Assembly (NCBI RefSeq): GCF_000150275.1
Contig: NW_002060967.1
Coordinates: 372,001 to 436,000 of the forward strand
Length of the DNA stretch: 64,000 bases
Direction of reading: 5' to 3'
Source of the DNA: Trichoplax adhaerens
Taxonomy: Eukaryota > Animalia > Placozoa
The first letter of the stretch is position 1. Each line of letters opens with the position of its first letter. The notes below the pieces were generated by a model. The model had not been told where the DNA came from. It was given only the letters and a program-made list of their open reading frames with translations, and searched no databases. This document shows positions 56,489 to 64,000 of this stretch, one piece after another. The position numbers and the translations under genes were made by a program.

Positions 56489-57351
56489 ATGGTGACAAAT
56501 TGCGACAGACTCATTCATCGCTAATAAAGCGCTTTCAATCATGAAGGTAAAGAAAACATTTTTTTCCTTTATCCTTTATGCTTTCAATACAGTGGACAAT
56601 AGTGGCTTGCTTATGCCATGGACTACCGGTTCTCTTGTGGTAGTCCACGCTTGCGTTTAGCGATACTTTGCAGTATTTTCGACCATGGCCGATGACAACG
56701 GTGACGTTATGATTACGTCAGATTGTTGGGTGGAACGCCTATTTGTCACCTGACAATGCAAGCGTAGATAACAGTACTGAATTGTTGTTTTTCCTCTACT
56801 GGACAGACAGCCATTATATCACTCGGCAGGTTTTCTTTCTATTTTATCCTATGGACGTGACTGAAATGAATCCACTCTGCCATGCTGTCCGCAGTCTATT
56901 GTACACAGTGCAGTACAATACTGCTGGACTGTGTAGTCAATCAAGTTTCTATACAGTACTAGAACGCATTAATGGAGCTTGATGGATAACTTAATTAACA
57001 GTAGAATCAAAGTGACACAAAGAAAAAGATTACGGTTTGAGCTCAAGGTGTCCCAAACTCAATACAGTACAGTATCAGCCGTGCTTTCTTATCCACACCC
57101 TAGACTACAGTACTAGCCTACAGTACATTACTGTAATGTACAGTGTACAGTACTGGAGGCTACAACACATGCAGTCCAACGACGTGCGTACAAGCATCAA
57201 ACGCAATAACCGGTCACACGCCCTTGCTACAGTCTCAAGCCATCGTCAAGGTACTCTAGTCGAGTCGTTGACAACGCTTGCTTGTCATTTTGAAGAATTG
57301 AGTTTGGACTGCAGTGAATTTTCTTCTTTGCAAGAATCAAGTTGATCCAAG

Positions 57352-60300
57352 ATGGGTTTCGTTGGTTGTCTCCGTGTTATTTTCTATATCTTTACCCTCA
57401 TTTTTGTGGTAAGTTCTTCACTTTCAATGCTAATACACCAATGAATGATAGGTTGAAAAATAGACTGACTCGAGTTGTCCCCATTCCACTCGGGTACACT
57501 ACTCGACTGTCCATTGGGCAATGACATGGGATGGGATTAAAAATTTTCCCTACAGGTAAAAAAATGTTCTATGACTTGAGTACCTTACTTGCATTCATGA
57601 AATGCCATGGCGTACACTTTGTAGTACAGTAGAGTGGATAAATGATGCTGGGTTAAGACTGATTTGTGACTTCATGAACAAATAGCTTGCCTACTAGTCA
57701 TGGATAGCAACAGGGACTAGACGTTCGTTGTCTAGCGAAAGTAAGTAGAAAAAAAAGGGTACGGCAAGAGTTGACTTCTTTCCAACTGCAACAATCAAAG
57801 TACTTGAAAAATGATACTGATACCAATATGCACGTTAATATACAATGACTGGTAGTGATGCTGTTTGACTTCTTGCTAAACCTTATTAGGTAGCCTCGAT
57901 GTCAATGCAATAGGTTATTAGTGTAGTAAACCCATTTTACCCGCCTTTCACCATCGATTCCGTTAATACTCTACAGTGGACACAGCATACTATCAACGTA
58001 CAGTATGTGCGCCATGAACAGCTACAAATTACTATACTCATAATGGCCAGTAGTCCGTACCTCACCACCAACAAGTCTTTTGCTACATCCTTCCCATAGT
58101 GGATTGAAATCGCTTGACTTATTAGAATTGCCCCTTCAAGACGTCCCAGCAATCGAGTCAGAGATACAACAAACATCAATGGGCATACTCGCTCTTGATT
58201 AAGATATCAACTATGCATCGACGCCCCGTATCCATATGCATACTATATTATGAATGCATACAGTCTATTTGCCAACGCGCAAAAGGCGCTGTCTTCATTT
58301 TAGTAAGTCTCAATGGAGTCTTGGACCAATCTGAGACTGCCTTCTACTGCCTTTGACACTGTTTTAGGACGTACTATTCTATCAAGAAAAATAGAGACCA
58401 GGATAGAACAACAAATTGATCCAAAAATGCTCATCCAATAGTGATTATTAATTTTGGAGAATCTACTATAAAGACTTTACTTTTTTATAAATTCATTGAG
58501 TGTGAAGCAAATTTCTCCATACAACTGCTACAACTACTCGGCAGATAGATACAGTGCATGTATCGATCGATACGTCGAGAAAAGTTTTCAACTTGGTGAG
58601 ATAGACAATATCCCTATTTGCAGTACATCCATTAGCGTTGTTTTTGAAGTGCGACCCCTTATCCGCAGGGACATTGACTTTTGAATTCGAATTATCAGGG
58701 ATAAAATGGATGCTCTTATTAAATTAAACACGGTGTTATTTCATTGAACGTAACAAAAAATCCATGTTGAAAGTCAGCCATCATATTCGAGTACAACAGA
58801 TATATTTCGTTCTGCGAGTGGTAGGCTATCGGGCCTTCTTTCTGTACTATACAAGTCACTTGCAGTAAACCAGTATCGGAACGGTTGGCAAAAAAAAAGT
58901 CGCTACGCCTACAGAACTTCGTTTTGATCCGATTGTAAAAGTAGTGAAACTGGGTGTTTCACCAGAACATTAAAACATGTTATTTTCCGGATTTTATATT
59001 GTATACCAAAAAATTCCCTAGTGGACATTAATTCGCCCATTCTGATGTATTATACCTGCACAGTATTATACTTTACAATTAGTTGGATATGTAGAGTTAC
59101 CTACTGCGACAAAAGTCGAACAATGGTGATACAGATTACTGTTCCTGTACAACACATTACAGCTTTTTGACAACATAAAATGATCAAATTGTATCGAGTT
59201 GTAGCTTGTGACAGATACTGTAGTGGCCTAAGTAAGTAGGTAGAATTCAAATTGAAATTGAATGATAGGCAAATGTGTTAATACGCTATCAGGTTTATAC
59301 TTTGCAGTTATTGCATTGTATTAATGATTTAGACTCGTATATAATCTTATGGAATAGATCAATGCTGTCGATGTTAGTAGATGGAATGAACCTTATTCAT
59401 GCTTGAGCTCAAAATTAGGTAGTGATCCAACTACGTCCGTTGGACAATATGTATTAAGAAACGCAGAATTGATATATTGTAGTTATCGAAAATGAGATTT
59501 GATTTATATAAATATTAGCAACTTGGATCTGAGCTAGTGAGCAAAAGTGGGTGCTCTACTTGCTTCCGATCGTACATTCGCTAAAGCAAATGGATCAGGT
59601 TTGCCGAATTGGAGGTAGGGTAATAAGTAACTCGGTCTGTTTTACCAGAAAAGGCGGCATCCCTATTTGCTATGTTTACAGTATCTAGCAAGACACAGTA
59701 CTGTGAAATAACTTGAAAGCATGCGATGACTTTAGCTTAGCTTGATGGTCTTACTTCAATGAAATTTCTGTATTAGCATACGAGTATGAGCAGTATTGGA
59801 TATGTCATTTTTGTAGTACGTCACTATAATTTCAATGCTATTCCAAACTCATCTCTTTTTAATACTGTGTACTGGGTGGTTGTCATCCATGACTAAACAC
59901 GAGTTTGATTGACACATTTCTAGAATGCTCATCAATGTAACTACATCATACTCAATTTCTAATTCATATTACCGCCTATTTTTACTGTAATCCCCATACT
60001 GTTCTTTCATAAAAATGCTAATCTGCAAGATATCACGTAAATGCATTAGCATTATTAGTTTATTACTAGCAACTGTTGACGTTGAATGCTTGCAATAGGC
60101 TTAATGACTAATAATAAAGCGGTAGCTACCAATCAATGACGATACTCTACTATAATAAAGTTTTGATAATGCCCGGCTGTGTGTTAACATTATTCGAATA
60201 AAGATTTTGTCACAAACTTTCAATCATGGTTATGTTCTCTCACTATATGAAAGAGTGCGATTTTGGCAAAAACAGTCATTACCACCGCGTTGCGCTCTTC

Positions 60301-63104
60301 TAGGCAACAGAATAGTAATCTTTATACCCCAAAATTAAGCAGTTTTTGCCTACTTGAATAAAATAGTACAATGCATTGGATGTCGTTGATTTCCAATCTA
60401 GTATTACCGCACCCAAAATTTTTTCTATGCCAAGTTTTATTAATGAGATTTGACTTAACAATAGAAATCGTCTACTGTCCAATCAAATTGGGCTCGTCTC
60501 TAGGGTGGAAGAACAAAAGTAAATAGTTCCACCCATACATGTTTATCCTTCTCCACTTGCATTATACTCTACTGTACTTATATACTGTAGTGATATTGCA
60601 GTCAGAGACTTGTCTTTAAAAAGAGTCCCTATCCTTATATATATAAACATATATAGTATATATAGAAAGAGAGAGAGAGAGAGAGAGTATATGTTGCTAT
60701 ATATATATCACTTACGTATAGGATAGCGATGGATATTGGGTGGAAAAACATTTCAAGGCCGACACCCATCGTGTGCGGTATGCCCAGTTGTCGGCGATAC
60801 TGTCTCGTTTTTTAAGTTATTGAATTAACGCAAGTAGTTATGGTTACTACTGTACATATCATACCATACTAAGTTGATTCCTTGGCGCGATAATGATCTC
60901 CAGTATACTGTAGTTATAATGTAATTCTTATTTATTTATGAAAAAACTTTCATGCAATACGAAAATTTCTGCGGGTATTTATGATTTTTTACGCTGCACT
61001 GATTGGATGATTTATTGTAGTACTGTACACTATACGTTACTAAATGGAGTGTGTGTATGAATTTTGTTATTGTGCGCTCCTCTGAATTTTGGATAAAATA
61101 TGATAGACATGTTTGGACTATCTTTTACTACTTCATACCAGTGAATAGCTTTCAGGACGTTTCATACTACCTGATTGGAAAGTTTATTACAGTATCTTAT
61201 TAGTAAAGATGGAGTGTGCATACAGTCAGCGTGTTGTTAACTCTATATATCATACACCTACTTGAATTTTGGGGTAAACTATGGTTGGCATGTTGGGACT
61301 GTGTTAATTACCGTCATATTGTATATTTACGCACAAGAAGTTGATAGGCTGATGATCCTATGCTGTCTAGCCTACGCCACAGCAGCAACGTAGATAATCG
61401 TACTCCTCGTGTTGTTAATTACCAAAAGAGAATTGGAATGTACTGTATATCCTCGATATTAGACTGAAATTGTAACAGTTTCGTAACTGTACAGTGTACA
61501 CTGTACTGTACAGTACATGTCCATGTAAGTAAATCACTCATCATTATTTATGCAGTTCGATCAATTCTCGTATGTTCCTATAGAAAGAAATCGAATTCGC
61601 TTTACTATTATAAATAAATTTCCGAATACGTCCCTAGACATAAATGATTTAAAGTAACTGCAAATTTATTGTTTTATGCCTTTTATTCCTATCACTAATC
61701 AACTTATAAATATTGTATAGGCTATGGGCATAGCCCTATTAGCTATGGGTATAATCATCAGGGTAAACAGTGATCTAATTGGTGTCGTAGCGGATAACTC
61801 TTGGTTTACCGCAGCCTATATTATGATAGCGGCAGGTGTGTTCATATTTCTAGTTGCCCTTGTTGGTTTCTGTGGTGCTAGGAATTCTAACAAGTGCATG
61901 CTCGGAATTGTAAGTTAATAAAATTATTGCTTTAGTCAATGTGTTGATAATTAATTAATGATAGTATTAAAAATGTCACTATTCATTTGGACTCTTTTAT
62001 TGCATTCTACTCATGTAGTACCTTGGAGTCCTAGTTGTTATTTTCATCCTTGAAATCGCTGGTGCTATCTACGGTGCTGTTAACCGAGTTGCGGTAATTT
62101 AATAACTATTACTGATAATATAAGTTATCATTACATCTTGCTATGATTAAGTGATGTAGTAGTTGGAAGCTGCATGTATAGATACTATAAATACACATAT
62201 GCTAACATTTTCTAATTGCAGCTAGTTAGGTAATTTATAGCCTTCGCATAACATGAAGTTTATATAGAGAAATAATAGGTCTTGAATTAATATTCTTTTT
62301 ATTTGTAGATTGAAGAAGCGGCCAAGGCAAAAATGACCACTGAAGTACAAATTAGATATGGTCAAGCTAATCAAGGCGTCATCACAGATGGATTTAACAA
62401 ACTGCAAACTACAGTATGATCTAATTTTGATAGTGTTTAGCATACCTTTGCTCCTAAATTTTTTATTGTCAATTATTATTATTGAACGACTTATATTGAA
62501 TTGTCTTAAAAATTTAGTTTAAATGTTGCGGTGTCAACACCACCACAGATTGGTATAGTAGTGCATGGATAAGTGGCAAGCCCAGTTTTCCGTATGGACC
62601 TGCAGTTCCTGATAGCTGCTGCCGAACCTCTACGTTACTTTGTGGAGTCAATTCTACTGCTCATGCTAACGCTGTGATATTTAATGCTACATATTACAGC
62701 ATTGTACGTAACGAACAATTGATTATGCCATTAGAACTATGATGAAAATTGAATATTTCTAGTCTTTTTAAAAAATATGTAAAACGTTGTATTAACGGTA
62801 TATACCGAGTACGTGAGCTAGCTCATTTTTGATGACTTTATGCAATTGATACATACAGGGATGCTACCAGGCTGTTAGGAACTCCATTACGAACAACCTT
62901 GGTTTAGCTATCGGTGTTCTTGGAGGATTTGCTGGTGTACAGGTTTGTCTTGACATGTTCATATTTGCATTTAAATCTATCAAATTTACATGTCATTAAT
63001 TTTATAAATTTTAGTATTTATTAAACTTGTTACTTTTCTATAAACAGGTATTAGGAATGATTCTTGCTGGAGTATTGATTGCTAAAGCAGATGAAGAAGA
63101 ATAA
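57352..63104 (+). CDS. Tetraspanin (copy 2), 7 coding exons, 4.3-kb first intron
   Basis: Exon 1 at 57352-57408 reads MGFVGCLRVIFYIFTLIFV|GTAAGT. It continues AMGIALLAMG...VGFCGARNSNKCMLGI | YLGVLVVIFILEIAGA | ...FNKLQTT | FKCCG...VPDSCC | GCY | VLGMILAGVLIAKADEEE*. Intron positions match copy 1. Confidence 0.93.
60635..60708. repeat. (TA)n/(GA)n microsatellite cluster in the tetraspanin-2 first intron
   Basis: Direct reading of the sequence. Confidence 0.8.
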
Positions 63105-64000
63105 TATGCCTCTGTTTGGTGTGCATCCTCTACGTAATACAACAGAATACGTTCATGGTTTTAGTTAATATCTTGTTGGGGGCATAAATGAATTACGTGG
63201 ATTGCAAAGAAATTTTTATATTAAGAGATTTCGTACCTTATAATAATTGGTGGTTGTTTTAAGTAGTGAATGATTTATCATTTTAGCTTATATTTACGAT
63301 TATAGTCGTGTATACTTGATGCCAGTGTGTTGTTAATTGTAATTTATGGCATCTTCACTTAACATCGTCTAAAAAGTTCTGGGTTCAGGCAGTTCAGGTT
63401 ATAAGTTTTGCATTATAGTAATATTCCTTCTTTTCTAGGTTTATCATATAACCTATTCCATTAAATTTTAAATATTATCCTTTGCGATTGCTATGTAGCT
63501 GTTATCGCTAACATAGTAGGATGTTAGTATAACTGAATGCCATTTCTTATCATGACCGACTTAAATATATGTATGCCAACATCAATTAAAAGTTCGGCTT
63601 GTACTGATGCAGGTGTTAATATCAGCTAATCTCGACGAAATATTTGGTAGTTTAGACTTCAAGTTAAGGTGCGATATGGTGCTGATTCACAGTTATTTTT
63701 AATTGTAAAGTGGATGAATGTATTCAGACAGTTAGTGACGAGAAAATAAAAGATTAATGTAGCCAGTACGTAAATATAAAGTATAATATTGATTTCTTGC
63801 AAAGTGAATGAGGTACGCATGATAGCATTAACTATTTACAGTACTTTTTACGAATATAGGCCATCAGAATTGGATAAAATCTAAAATAGTCTATACTGAT
63901 ACTGAACTATTGTTACCTTGTGTAGAACTGCAAAAAAGGGTAAGACATATTACAATTGTACCGACAGTGCTGATGGATAAAGCAAAGTTAGTAATAAGTA

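Noticed and set aside
57352-61720. Tetraspanin 2 sharing exon 1 with tetraspanin 1 by alternative splicing
   Set aside because: A dedicated exon 1 was found at 57352-57408 with a consensus GTAAGT donor in the correct phase.

Overview
This is AT-rich eukaryotic (animal) genomic DNA with compact, intron-dense genes. The style is consistent with a placozoan such as Trichoplax, which is an inference and not provable from the window. Spliced + strand genes, reconstructed by eye, are SETDB1 (~6.1-13.6 kb), HIPK (24.1-27.6 kb), RPA2 (36.3-38.4 kb), the 3' part of an extended synaptotagmin after a 492-N gap (44.5-49.6 kb), and two tandem tetraspanins (50.6-55.0 and 57.4-63.1 kb). The window also holds a decayed Tc1/mariner-superfamily transposase fragment (53-323, -) and many short tandem arrays, several with internal inverted repeats. 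The standout is a single-exon 986-aa ORF on the - strand (30508-33468) between HIPK and RPA2. It joins a bacterial-type PD-(D/E)xK (D...QxK) nuclease-like N-terminal domain to an NB-ARC/STAND ATPase and TPR repeats. This is the effector-ATPase-sensor layout of prokaryotic NLR-like antiphage proteins (Avs/bNACHT class), here apparently embedded in an animal chromosome. It is a candidate horizontally acquired, nuclease-armed NLR-like immune or cell-death gene.
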